DNA of 64,000 nucleotides from Lingula anatina (Eukaryota > Animalia > Brachiopoda): positions 2,108,001 through 2,172,000 of the forward strand of contig CM120641.1 of assembly GCA_051362555.1 (NCBI GenBank), read 5' to 3'. Within the stretch, counting starts at the first letter, position 1, and every line of letters begins with the position of its first letter. Positions 26,877-38,880 of the stretch are shown in pieces. The notes under the pieces are model-generated. The model saw nothing but the letters and a program-made list of their open reading frames with translations. It was not told the origin of the DNA and searched no databases. The position numbers and the translations under genes are program-made.

Positions 26877-27390
26877 CCCCCACCCACCACACCCACTCAG
26901 CCCAGACCTACCCACACCCGCCCACCCACACCATATCCACTCAGCCCAGACCTACCCACACCCTCCCACCCACCACACCCACTCAGCCCTGACCTACCCA
27001 CACCCACCCACCCACACCATACCCACTCAGCCCAGACCTACCCACACCCTCCCACCCACCACACCCACTCAGCCCAGACCTACCCACACCCGCCCACCCA
27101 CACCATACCCACTCAGCCCAGACCTATCCACGGCCGCCCACCCACACCATACCCACTCAGCCCAGACCTATCCACACCACACCCACTCAGCCCAGACCCA
27201 CCCACACCACACCCACTCAGCCCAGATCTACCCACACCCACACCATACCCACTCAGCCCAGACCCACCCACTCACACCACACCCACTCAGCCCAGACCTA
27301 CCCACACCATACCCACTCAGCCCAGACCCACCCACACCCGCCCACTCACACCACACCCACTCAGCCCAGACTTACCCACACCCACCCACC
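26877..27390. repeat. C/A-rich minisatellite, ~13 units of 30-44 bp (core cccactcagcccagacctacccacac)
   Basis: Direct tandem repeats visible in the sequence. Confidence 0.95.
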
Positions 27391-28856
27391 TGCATAGGAG
27401 TGAAAATTAACTGAAAAAAAAAAAACATTGCCTTAACCTCATTGGCAAAGATTCTTTCATGGTTGCCCTTAAAGATCATCATTTGTGAATGGCAAAGAAA
27501 AACTTCTTTAGTACGTATACCTAGCAGATCATCACTAGATGACCTTAATTAAGATGCAGATAGACTGGAAACAAGGCTTACCTGGATTCACCTGGCCATT
27601 AATTGGCTTTAACCACTTTTTTTTTTTTTGAAACAAAAAGTTCATCACAAAATCCTTATAATCTTTCAACACATTTAAATAGTTCAAGGCAAATTAATTT
27701 TTACACTGAAATTTGTGAGTGCCCATGGGATTTAAGTCTTAGCATCTCTAGCAGTTCCCAGTTACACCATCCTCTAGATCATGGAACAGTAGTTTTAGTA
27801 AAATGAAATCTTTTAAGAAGAGGTCATCATATCTTATTTATCATTTGTACTCATTAACAGTTCTTTGTTTACTTGTCACGATATAGACCCCCCTTAAGGC
27901 ACCTCATTAAGTAAGTGAAAAGTGTTTGACGTAACTGGAGAATGGTAAAGGTCTGCTGTGATATTGTCTATGGGTTGATACAAGCCATACACACTATTGA
28001 TTTGTTAATGTAATTCCAATAAAATAATGATGCTGTCTGGTGGGGGAGATTTCAAAGATAGGCTGCCCGCAATAACGGGCTACAGGCAAGGACGGTCTTA
28101 ATTAATTGAAAGATAAACAGTATAGAATTTGATGCTTGTAGATTATTTTACATCTTAGTAAGTTATTATGATGTATAACAGGACGATAAGACTGGTCTCA
28201 TTACTTTTTAGTGAGTGATTCAACAAAAGAATTGCATGCATCCTATGATGATATGGGTATATAGCCTGCAGAAGTGATAATGTTAGAACTGCTTTGTATT
28301 ATTTGTGATGCTGACAAATTGAGGAGAAGAAACTGACAGAAAAATTGAGTCTTTCCTGTAACACTGATGCTTTAGAAATAGAAAAAGGTAGATAGAGTTT
28401 GGGTTTACTTCAGCTTTATAGAGCAAATGAGGGAGGGGAGCAGAATTAAATGAAAAAAAAGAAAGCTTATTTCAAAAAAAAAAAAAAAAAGAAACCGCAT
28501 GTCTGGTATCCTTCAGTATAATGAACTATCCAGGTGTTTAAAATTATGCAGCCTTCAATACACAGAATAGACTGGTAATTTCTTCTGCATTCAAATATCA
28601 GGTTACATTTATTAGTTGCTTTTGTTCCTTGCACAGCCTGGTTGCGTAAAAAAAGGAAAACTTAGAATGAAAAGCCATCTTTCATGGACCATGCGCCCAA
28701 TAGTGCTGGGGCTTATTTTAGTGCAAGCTGGTTAGGACCATAAGACAATGAAGTGACGTTATTCTCTGGATTTGTTGTTGCATTTTCTTATAACTGAAGA
28801 TCAGGAATTTTTTTTTAATTAATGCTTTTTATGGATGTTGTAGAAACCTGTCTCTG

Positions 28857-28858
<2 letters not shown>

Positions 28859-28911
<53 letters not shown>
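28859..28911. repeat. Poly(T) tract, ~53 nt
   Basis: Homopolymer run. Confidence 0.95.
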
Positions 28912-28913
<2 letters not shown>

Positions 28914-30246
28914 TATGAACTGAGTAACAAGTAACCGGAAGAGTAAAAAAAAGCATGCAAGGTATAAGAGTTCAGTGGTATGATTGTTTCCTTTCTTTAG
29001 TCTGTGGTGTCGGAGTTGGTGTATCAGACAGTGGCATTTCCTCTCCCTGTGTACGCCATGATGGTATCTTACCTTAACTGTCCTCAAACCAGTATAATAA
29101 AAGATCTCCAGAGCTGTTTGTGAGAAAATGTTCAGTGATGTCAGTGTTATGTGACTATAATAGTCAGGATCAGGCTGGGATCTCTTGTAAGTTTTTAACT
29201 TGCTCCCATGTGAATAGTGATAGCATGCATTACATCTTGCAGATATCTTGTGATAGATGGGTAGATATAAATCTTGCTTATGCTTTAACAGTTTGGACCA
29301 GTCAGCTTTTATTTGCAGTCTTTTAAATGTGTAATTTCTTGGTAGACATGGGTTCTTTAATTAACCAATATGGTGATAAGAATTATGTATATATTATACT
29401 GGTTTTACAGACCAGCACCTTGAACAATGTTTGTTATTAACTAGTCATTGAATAGTCATTTTGCTATGCTCTGCCTTCTCCATTTCTTCCTATTCTGCTT
29501 CTTCTTCTTGTTCTTTTTCTCTTTATTGCAACATAAACAGTTGCATTAACTGGTCAGCCAGTATTTTATATATGAAAACTCATTATCATACAAAGCTCAC
29601 TTTTGGAAACCATTAAAATTAATCACTGGAAGTACACCTCTAGTGTCATATCAGTTAATTAAATCAGATCCTGAGGGCTTAATTAAGTAGCACTGGACAG
29701 GGTAGGTGCAAGGAATGCACCACAGTATAATAAACTTTGATTAAGTGTTGCTTCGTGTCATTTCATTAATCTTGGGTGGTAAAATTTCATACTTGGGTTG
29801 TCACCCTGTGTGCTGTAGTCAGCTACTAATAGCCTAGTCATTACTATCACACCTTCATCTCCTTTTAAACCTCATATTTAATAAGCACAGGTTAGCCCCC
29901 GAGATGTGTATTAAGTGAATCCTGAAAAAGGTCAGGGGTGCCTGGTCACACTGTGACTTTAGCCTGATTGAGCCTCCGCAGTTGTTCCTCTCTGTGACAT
30001 GGAGAGTAAGGCTCTCATTGTCCACTGAAATCTTCCCTACGTATTAGTTGACCCTGTCTCCTAAGTCACCCTAGCCACAGTGTATTGTACGCTGCTGCTG
30101 CCGTGATATGAACAACAACGCCTGAGCCAGTCAGTCATGTGACCGGTGTTCTTAGTGACAAGAGCACTAGGCCTTAAGTGAGTGAAAGGAGCACCACCTG
30201 CATTGCCATCAGTGATATGGTTATCATTTGTATGCATATATTGCAG

Positions 30247-30433
30247 GTTAACAGCGACAGTTAAACGGGGTAACTCCGACCCAACCAAACCAGCCACCCT
30301 TGAAGTTAACCGGACCACCAACACTACCACCACCACTGCTACACTTGATGGTGCCGGGCGACTTCAATTTGGGGTGAAGACAAAGACATTGAGAAGAATC
30401 GACTTTATGTAGCTGGTAGATTAGATTGTTGAG
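30247..30433 (+). other. Candidate non-coding 5'-UTR exon of ZMIZ1 (187 nt)
   Basis: Acceptor tatgcatatattgcag|G and consensus donor GAG|gtaagt; higher GC/CpG than the flanks; same strand as ZMIZ1. No transcript evidence available. Confidence 0.45.
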
Positions 30434-32064
30434 GTAAGTGGCTGCATGTCATTGTGTGTGATTATCTTGTTTGGCTGTAGCTGAAGATTACAGGTGATAA
30501 ACTGTTATAATGATCACTGCTGGTGTGGATGGCATGGCTTTGATTGCTTTACTTATCTACTTATCTCCTGTGTTTATTTTGTTGTAAATGTAGCAGGTTG
30601 AATAAGTGAGAGAGAGAAAGAGAGAAAAGAATAGTTTATTTTTCGTATGCTTCTTTGAATGTATATGTATGCTTATATCAGCTACATACCAGCTAATAAA
30701 TTTATTTGGATGGCCTGTTACAAAAAAAAAAAAAAAAAACAAACAAACTTTTTTTTGGTCCATTGAAGCACATTTTTAATTTTTTTTCCTTAAAGATATA
30801 ACACTAGTATGAAAAAACACGTGGGAAAAACGCTTTTAATGTATACTGGAATCCTTGACCTTTTCTCAGAAACTATATATGATACAATATATCATAAGTA
30901 ACTATTATAATCAAGTGGGCACCCCACAGCGTGACACCATGCTTGAATTAACGTTTGACTCGGTGATCTGCAGACAGTTTATAACAAAAAGGTACCCTCT
31001 GTAGCATAGCTTGAGCAAGAACAGTTTTTCTTAATGATAATAAATAAGGTGAGATGTTTTATGTATGATTTTTTAAACCTATGTTTCCATATGGTTTATG
31101 AGTGTTATTGTATAATGCAGTAAGTAGCAATCAATAATAAATTAAGCAGATTTGATGCTGGGTCTGATATCAACTGGTTGATTTTAGCTGGTAGGAGCTC
31201 TGGTAATATGTTTTATTGTTGTTGTTTTTTATTTTCATGTGTAAATGTATCACCTGGCTGCAATAGCAAAGCAGATTGTAAGAGAGAAAATAGATGATGC
31301 TGTTGTGCATGCATTATCGTAATTTACAAAAAGTTTGATTACATTGGTATCAGCTTGGCACGAAATAGCAATCGGCTGAACAGTTTTATGGCTTGCATTT
31401 CTAACATCATACATATTTACAGTGATAAGTAACAGCTGGTTGCATTGGTTATGTAGGAATATACGTTGATATTGAGATGCTCGTTTCACGGCGCTCTTTC
31501 TCTGCGGCATTCAGTTTGTTAATTGTAGCAATCCTCTTTATAGTAATAGTGTCCCCCATAATGATAATTGGGAGGGAAATGCCCAGATTTTACCACAAGT
31601 ATTGAAGGGAAACCAAGTGTCTAGTAGAGTTTTAATACCTTACCCAAAGACAAAGCATTGCCCTATCGTTAGCATCTGTCCTATTGTTTTGTCTCAAAAG
31701 ATAATGCAGATAGGTATTCAGATATTTGTTTCTGTGGTTCTGATATTTAGGATTAGATTCTCTAGTTACTTATATATTCATCACATGTAACATTATGGGT
31801 CGTATACAAAATAAAAAAAGTGACTCAGAGTGCAGTCATTAGTGTACACATTTTGTGTAATATTTTCATAACTGTTTTTATCACTTTTTATGTATTACTT
31901 TTGATTTTTATCCACATTGGAGGGTAGCAGAGTATAGTGAAGTGGAAATAATGGGGCAACTCAGAGCTATGCAAATATTACACATGTGAGTGTCACTGAC
32001 CTGATCCAGATGGTCACTTTTCAGTGGAATATGACTGGTGTAAGAAACATCCAAAATAGCCCAA

Positions 32065-32280
32065 CTCGGAGCAAAATTAAATGAGATTTTGCAGGATTTG
32101 TGAGGAGAGTGGTAGAAGACTAAATAGTGCAATGTAGCAATGGATAAGAGCTGACAATTTATATAACGCTGATAATTTCTCTGAAGTTTTGTTGAAGATC
32201 AGTCTGTTGCAAAATAGTCCAAAATTCATTAAATTTGGTGCGTTGCTTTCTAAGTTAACCCCATCTCACATGGATTCTAG
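32065..32280 (+). repeat. Dispersed repeat family E, copy 2
   Basis: gagattttgcaggatttgtgaggagag..agctgacaatttat..ctcacatggattct. Confidence 0.6.
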
Positions 32281-32730
32281 CCTCGTTTGACGTCGAGCTT
32301 CGTTTTGATGTCAAGCCTCGTTTTCACTGATGAGACTTTTCCAACTTTTTCAGGGTCATTTGGGTCATTCTTGTGAATCATGTACCCTGGACCCCTGGCC
32401 AATTTTCCTACTTTTTCATGGAGGACTGGTCTTCTCCCTGGTTTAAGACTATCTTGGATGTAATCCATTGTAATCCCAAGGCCACTATGCTGTAGAACAG
32501 TTTTGTGGACACAGCAATTGATCAGTTAAGATAAAGAAGGCAGAACAGCTTGCTGGTTGGACAGAAATTGAATAATATTCCACATAGTTCCATCACCTGA
32601 GCATCTGTCTATGCAGCCATGAAGTAGACTCATTAGTGGGATAATGGAGCTCCCTGTCAATATGGAGTCATTAGTCACTTGATTGGGTTTCAGATGAAAA
32701 CTGTGTTCAGTTTAGAGAGCAGTAAAGTTG

Positions 32731-33140
32731 GTGGGATGAGGGAGATGGGAGACTGGGGATGAGGGATAAGGGAGACTAGGGATGAAGATAGTGGAAGACT
32801 ATGGGATGAGGGCAAGGGGAGACTAGGGATATGGGAGATGGAAGACTGGGGATTAAGAAGATAGGAGACTGGAGATGAAGGAGATGGAATACTAGGGATG
32901 AGGGAGATGGGAGACTAGGGATGAGGAAGATGGGAGACTAGGGATGAGGAAGATGGGAGACTGGGGATGAGGAAGATGGGAGACTAGGGATGAGGAAGAT
33001 GGAAGTCTAGGGATGAGGGAGATGGGAGATAGGAGGATAAGGGAGATGGGAGACTGGGGATGAGGGAGATGGGAGACTATGGGATAAGGGAGATGAGAGA
33101 CTAGGGATGAAGGAGATTGAAAGATGGGGACTGGGAGATG
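32731..33140. repeat. Purine-rich minisatellite, ~23-bp unit ggggatgagggagatgggagact
   Basis: Direct tandem repeats; explains the low-complexity ORF 32892-33236. Confidence 0.95.
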
Positions 33141-36100
33141 GTATGAGCCTTGTTGACTGGGTAGGTGAAAGTACATGGCTAATTGAAGACGAGAACCAGG
33201 TGATCTTTTTGTATTTTTGTGAGACTGCTGTCCCAAACTATTGACTGATTAGAAAATGTCATATTCTTTAACTCCCATTGGTTTTTGCCCTGCAGTAGAG
33301 ACCCATCACTGTAGTCTCTCCAGTTAATCTTGATTAAGTAGGAAAAATGGTCTCTAATAAAGCATGCTGATGGTCTGTTATAATGTGTCTGGCTGATGAG
33401 CTAGAAGATCTGGGCATTAGCTGTCATTAATATAAATATTTCTGGCTTTGTGTATGCTCATACAAGTGATTGGGAAGGGGGATTGAGAGGTTAAAATATA
33501 CATCTAGTCCTCAGATTATTTCTTGATTATTATTTTAAGGATTAATGTGAAAGAGCAGTAACTAGTAAGCAAATGGGCTTCATCAGTAAGGTTGAGTATT
33601 ATTTGATAACCAAAATTTTTAACATTGAATGTTTTTCTTGTTATCATCAGAATTGGAATATTTTAATGGCCACAACACACCTGCAATGGAGGGGGGGGGG
33701 GGGGGGGGGCAGAAACTACCAAGAGGGTGGCTGCCTTACCATTTGATATTTGTGTGATGAAAAAATGAAATAATTGCCTCTACATGTTTGCATTTATCCT
33801 TTACATTGTTATTTCAGTGGGAAATGGATATAAAAGACTAAAAGGTATTGACATTTAAGTGTAAAAAGAAACCTCATGAAAGCTATGGTGATTATCCACA
33901 AATTTCAAGCACGGCACTTGTACACTTTAACATGTGCACTCACGTGCACATGCAAGGGCATGCATGCACTCAAACACACACACAAGATTGATATAATCCC
34001 CAAAATATGATTTGACCTGAACTCAACTTGTCTCCAGGTATTGATATCAAACAAAAATTTGCACAATATTGGCGATCAGTTTTGTTAAAATTTAGGGGAG
34101 TAATTATGCATAATACAAATGGAAAGGTACAGATAAATATGATATTGATAAGATTTAAAAATATTAATTTATTTCAGTTTCAAATGATGTGTCACATAAT
34201 GAGAAGTTGGCTATATAACTTGTGTTTTGAAAATGAATGACAGTATTAAGACATTATAAATTAGAAAATAATTGGAGGAGGGAAGAAAGAGGGGATGGAG
34301 GAGGGGGGGGCATACCAAGATAGGTGGAAATATTCAGTTTTCTTATGGAATGGAAAAAGTTTTTAGACTGATTAAATGTTCGATCATCTGTAACAAGTCA
34401 TTTCTAAGTTGTTACAAACCAGTTATTTTTCCGCACGTCTTCATTTGTCTGCTCACCAGACTCTCTCCACACCATCCACAACTATGGCTGTCTTTGTATT
34501 GAGCTTATCTTCATATCCATTGTGAGAAGCCGTCATAAAGGAGCACTCAGCTATGACACTTACAGTCCAATGAAAGCCTCAGCAAGGTTTGATTGGGGTG
34601 GACATATGTGCCTCACCACCTACTGGGCTGACTTCCTGCAGTCTGCTGGTAAAACAGGAATAAAACTACCTGACTGGAAAGTGAGATTTTGACTCTACTC
34701 ACACTTCAAAAACACATATTCTTATATATTTCAGGTGTTCATCTTTGTGCTGGATGGCTGTAGACAAACATGCATGCACACAAATGGGGGCATGCACATG
34801 CATGGAAACAAGCACACATACATAAGTGTGCACACTCAATTAAATGTGTCAGTTCTTCTTGTTTGTCCGTGTTCTTTGATATAAAACACTGAAGCTTACT
34901 TTCATGCTATACTGGTAGTCATATTCAAAGTTCTATCAATAACAATAGTACGATGCTGATTACAAATCATTACTTGTCTGTTCATATAGTATTGCATATA
35001 TTTAACCCTGACAACATTCTCTTCAAGGTTTCTTTGATGTCTTTATTAAATTGGTATCATTGTCTTCATCATTAATGTCAAAATGGGCCAGTTTCTCTAA
35101 TAAGAGACTAGACTGTGTTTTAGCATGTAAAAACATTATCTGGTCTTAACCAGGTTTTCTGTGTTTTAAACCGCAATACACTTGGTGAATATATTTTTTC
35201 ATCATAGTTTTTGCACGCTACAATAGTAGCATCAATTGGAAAACAGAAGACAAATGATTTTTTTACCCAATAACAGCAACATGTCATAAAGCACGATATG
35301 TTCACCTGACAAGATTGATAAGTCCCATCTGTCAGAAATATAGATTTTTAACCACTTCTCTGGAAAATAATCCAATAGGATTTAGGTGCTTCTTAGTGAG
35401 TGTGGTAAATAATTTACTGGCCATTCAGGTTGCAATTTGTATTTGAGTATCACAATGTTTTAAGATGGTGCCTAGTTGTACCTGTGAGCCTTGTTGTTAT
35501 CTGTGCTAGCCATCATCAGGGAGAGAGAGGGGTAGGCTCTTTAATCATTTTGTTATGCATTTTTGATCCCCAGTATTGATAAAGGTAGGAAGTATCTTTT
35601 GGAAGACAAATTAGTGTTCAGTGGAATAGCTGTTGGGGAATGCTAGGGACAGTTGTTGTATTTTTACGTGCTGATAATTTAGGTGCATCAGGGAGATCAC
35701 CTCATTTGACATGTTTGTCAATTACCGACATGCATTGCATTGACAAATCATTTCATTGTGAGTATACCTGTAAACATCTGATATACTGTAACTGGGTTCA
35801 ATCTTCATTGTCCTCTCTTTCTCTCTAACCCCCCCCCTCCCATGCTATAATTTGAAAAATTAACCATGATGAAAAAAATTATTTTACTATATGTTAAGAG
35901 AACTGACAAAAGAGTAAATTATATGAAACACATGCACTTATTTTTATTTATTATTTTTAAATGGTACTACTAGACTTGATATTGTGATTTTGAGGTTGAA
36001 ATTAGTATTGAGAAAATCTGCTCAAGTAGCATATTGAGAGTTAAATATATATATTTTTTAAATGACACATTTTTATCAAGGTGGAAGACTGTTTGCAAGT

Positions 36101-37011
36101 CATAGAAATTAAATTTTCTTATCTCAGTTTGCTTTTTACACTGCCATACCATACAAAAATAACTTAAGCATCAAACCAACTGTGATATATTTGTCAGTAA
36201 AGGCAAAAAAAATGTCATTAGTAGATTAAGTTCAACTTAAGAGTAGCAAGACAACCCTCATGATGCATTTGATTTTCTTACACATACTGAATTATGCAGA
36301 TACCAGGTTAGTTTTCTGCCTTTTTTATGGTTGATATTCAATTTGCAATTACTGGAAAAAAGGTTTATGTAAGTTTTTTCTCCTAATCTGTCATTTTATC
36401 CATTCAACCAGCATCAGCTTCTCTCTCTCATTTCAACATAGCATTGATAGCTCAATTCATTTTATATGCTTGAACTGTTTTGCATTGAATAATGGTGATA
36501 TAACTCTTTCAACTACTATATACGGTTCCTGATTTCATGAATGAGGGTCATGTAAACTTTAAAAGCTGTGAATCGATTGCTATGGAAAATGTCTTTATGG
36601 TGTATGATTATAGTCACGAACTTTACCATTATATTACTGTAGTACATACTTATAAAATTATCACAACAAAAGAGAATGTGAGTATCATCGAGTGCTTGAA
36701 AATAAATAAGTTTATAATTTGCATTACTATGAACTTCACCATGTTCTGGTATGTCTTAGAAGAAGTGGGACATGGCCTCGCACTTATCTGACTTTGGTGC
36801 AAGTAGGTGGCATTAAAGTCTTTTTTTTTCTGTATAAATTATCATAAAAGTAGGTGATACCTGTAACTCGACATCATCTTAATGGGTATGTATGTCTTGT
36901 TTATGACAAAAACAGGATTGTTTCTTTTTTCATATTTATGTAGCTTCTGAAATTAAAATAGCTGTACAGTTATACAAATTTATAGAGTACACTAGTATTA
37001 ATGTCTAGTTC

Positions 37012-37058
<47 letters not shown>

Positions 37059-37061
37059 TTT
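37012..37061. repeat. (TTTA)n microsatellite
   Basis: About 12 tandem tetramers. Confidence 0.95.
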
Positions 37062-38619
37062 CTGTAACCATCCCAGCAGCTATTATTTCATGTAACCAAA
37101 GCTTATTTATAAAACACAGACAGCTGCTCTAATATTCAGTTGACCTGGCTGTAGTTAACTTAAACACTGCTTATCAATATAAATTGCTACACACATACAA
37201 CATACTAACATAAAGAGCAATTTTTCTACCTGGATGTGTTTGATTGTCAGACTAACATTTTTTCTTATATATCTATAGATAAGTAACTGCAGGAGACATA
37301 TCAGTAAATGTGTACTTTTATTAAGTGTTATCATTAACAACACGCATGCATGCACACACACACATACACACACACACACACGCACGCATGCACACACACA
37401 CACACAGGTTGTTAGTGAGAGGAGTCCACATGTTCTATTTAAATAAACTACAGAAGCATCAACTGAGGTGTTAAAGTACATGTTTATATATCAGTCACTG
37501 TCAGTAACTACTGAGACAGTAGACAGTACAGTTAGTTGTAAACCACAATTTTTGACAAAGCAAGCTGTCAGTCACATCCACCCTCCCAAACATCTCTCAG
37601 AAAGGTATCAACATGGAAAAACAAAGAAAACAAACTACCAGTTGACGCTGACTTTATATTAGGCGTAAAGATATGGCGTAACCCTGCGTGAAGTATTACA
37701 GGTACTTGGGGCTCTTCAGTGTGGAGTGTGCTATTTTTTCCTGCAGCACCTATGGCAGCTACAAGTTCCCAATGTTACTGTCGGACCGGAAATAGTGCAC
37801 ATACCATTAAAACTTGTTTCGCCTATTTTTATCAGGTGCTGGTGAACTTTTCTTTCTTGCTCGTCTTATTTAGTCAGTCTGATGCCTGCTTTTAGGTCAA
37901 TTTATCCATAGGTACAAGTTGGCTTATCTCCTCAAGTGTCAGATATATCCAAATCACGAATCATGATTTATATGTAAAGTTGATGCACAATATGGTCTAT
38001 GTTTTTTTTTTCCTGGGTAAGTTAGATTAAAAGGTTTGGAGGCTATTGTTACAAGGCATGACAAGGTGTCTTTATCATGGTGTGATAGCCTTTTTTGTTT
38101 CTTTAAAGGTTCAACATAGATTCACAGCCTTAAGAATAAAATATCAAACACGCAACAAAGTTTGGTACTAAACTCTTCTTATTTCACTTATATGCTAAGC
38201 TTGTATGTATGGATTCTAGAATAAGTAAAGTTAAGTAGATGGGGTGGAAGAGTAAGTAATAATTTGGACAAAGTTGCCTGAAAAACTAAGACATGCATAG
38301 TTTTCCTGACATGCGTTTATGTATAGCATTTGTCTGCTTTTTTATTATATATATTTACGTCTGGTATTCAATAGTTGCAGTGTTTTTGCACCAGTTTCAG
38401 TGAAAGGTCAGTATAATAAAGAAGATGAAATCATCAAAGATAAACATTTTTGAGGCCTTCTGCTGGTTTTATTTCTTTGGTCTTTTCTCTCCCAGACAAT
38501 AGGTGTGTGACAAATGGGGTGACAGCATAATGACACACTTACATCAGTCTTTCTGTACTTGCTACTGCACTGCAGACTTCACCTGGCCTTGGAGACAGTG
38601 GGAATCATCTCGTGAGAGC

Positions 38620-38880
38620 AAGATTAAGCGAGATTTCACAGGATTTGGAAGAGAGTGGGGTCAAAAATAATGGCAGACAAACGAGTTTTGTGAGCCAATG
38701 ATAAAAAAAGATGACAATTTATCCACAGATATTTTTCTGGTTGTTTCCCTTTTAGTTTTATCAAATTACAATCTAGCACACAGCATTACAAATTCACGAT
38801 GTTTCGTGTGTCACTTTGGTATTGCCTTCTAAGAAGACATTCCTGGTGCAGCCTCACTGCTGAAAAGTTAACCCCACCTC
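38620..38880 (+). repeat. Dispersed repeat family E, copy 3
   Basis: aagcgagatttcacaggatttggaagagag..aaataatggcagac..gacaatttatccacagatatttttctgg..gctgaaaagttaaccccacctc. Confidence 0.65.

Noticed and set aside
28859-29090. Long poly(T) as the tail of an antisense retrocopy
   Set aside because: No TSD or recognisable SINE/mRNA body; long homopolymers are frequent across the window.
32892-33236. Ser/Pro/His-rich ORF
   Set aside because: Translation of the 23-bp minisatellite.
9385-38605. Scattered GTGGGAA Su(H)/RBPJ-like sites suggesting Notch feedback on ZMIZ1
   Set aside because: Few, unclustered and unpaired; not evidently above chance for this length.
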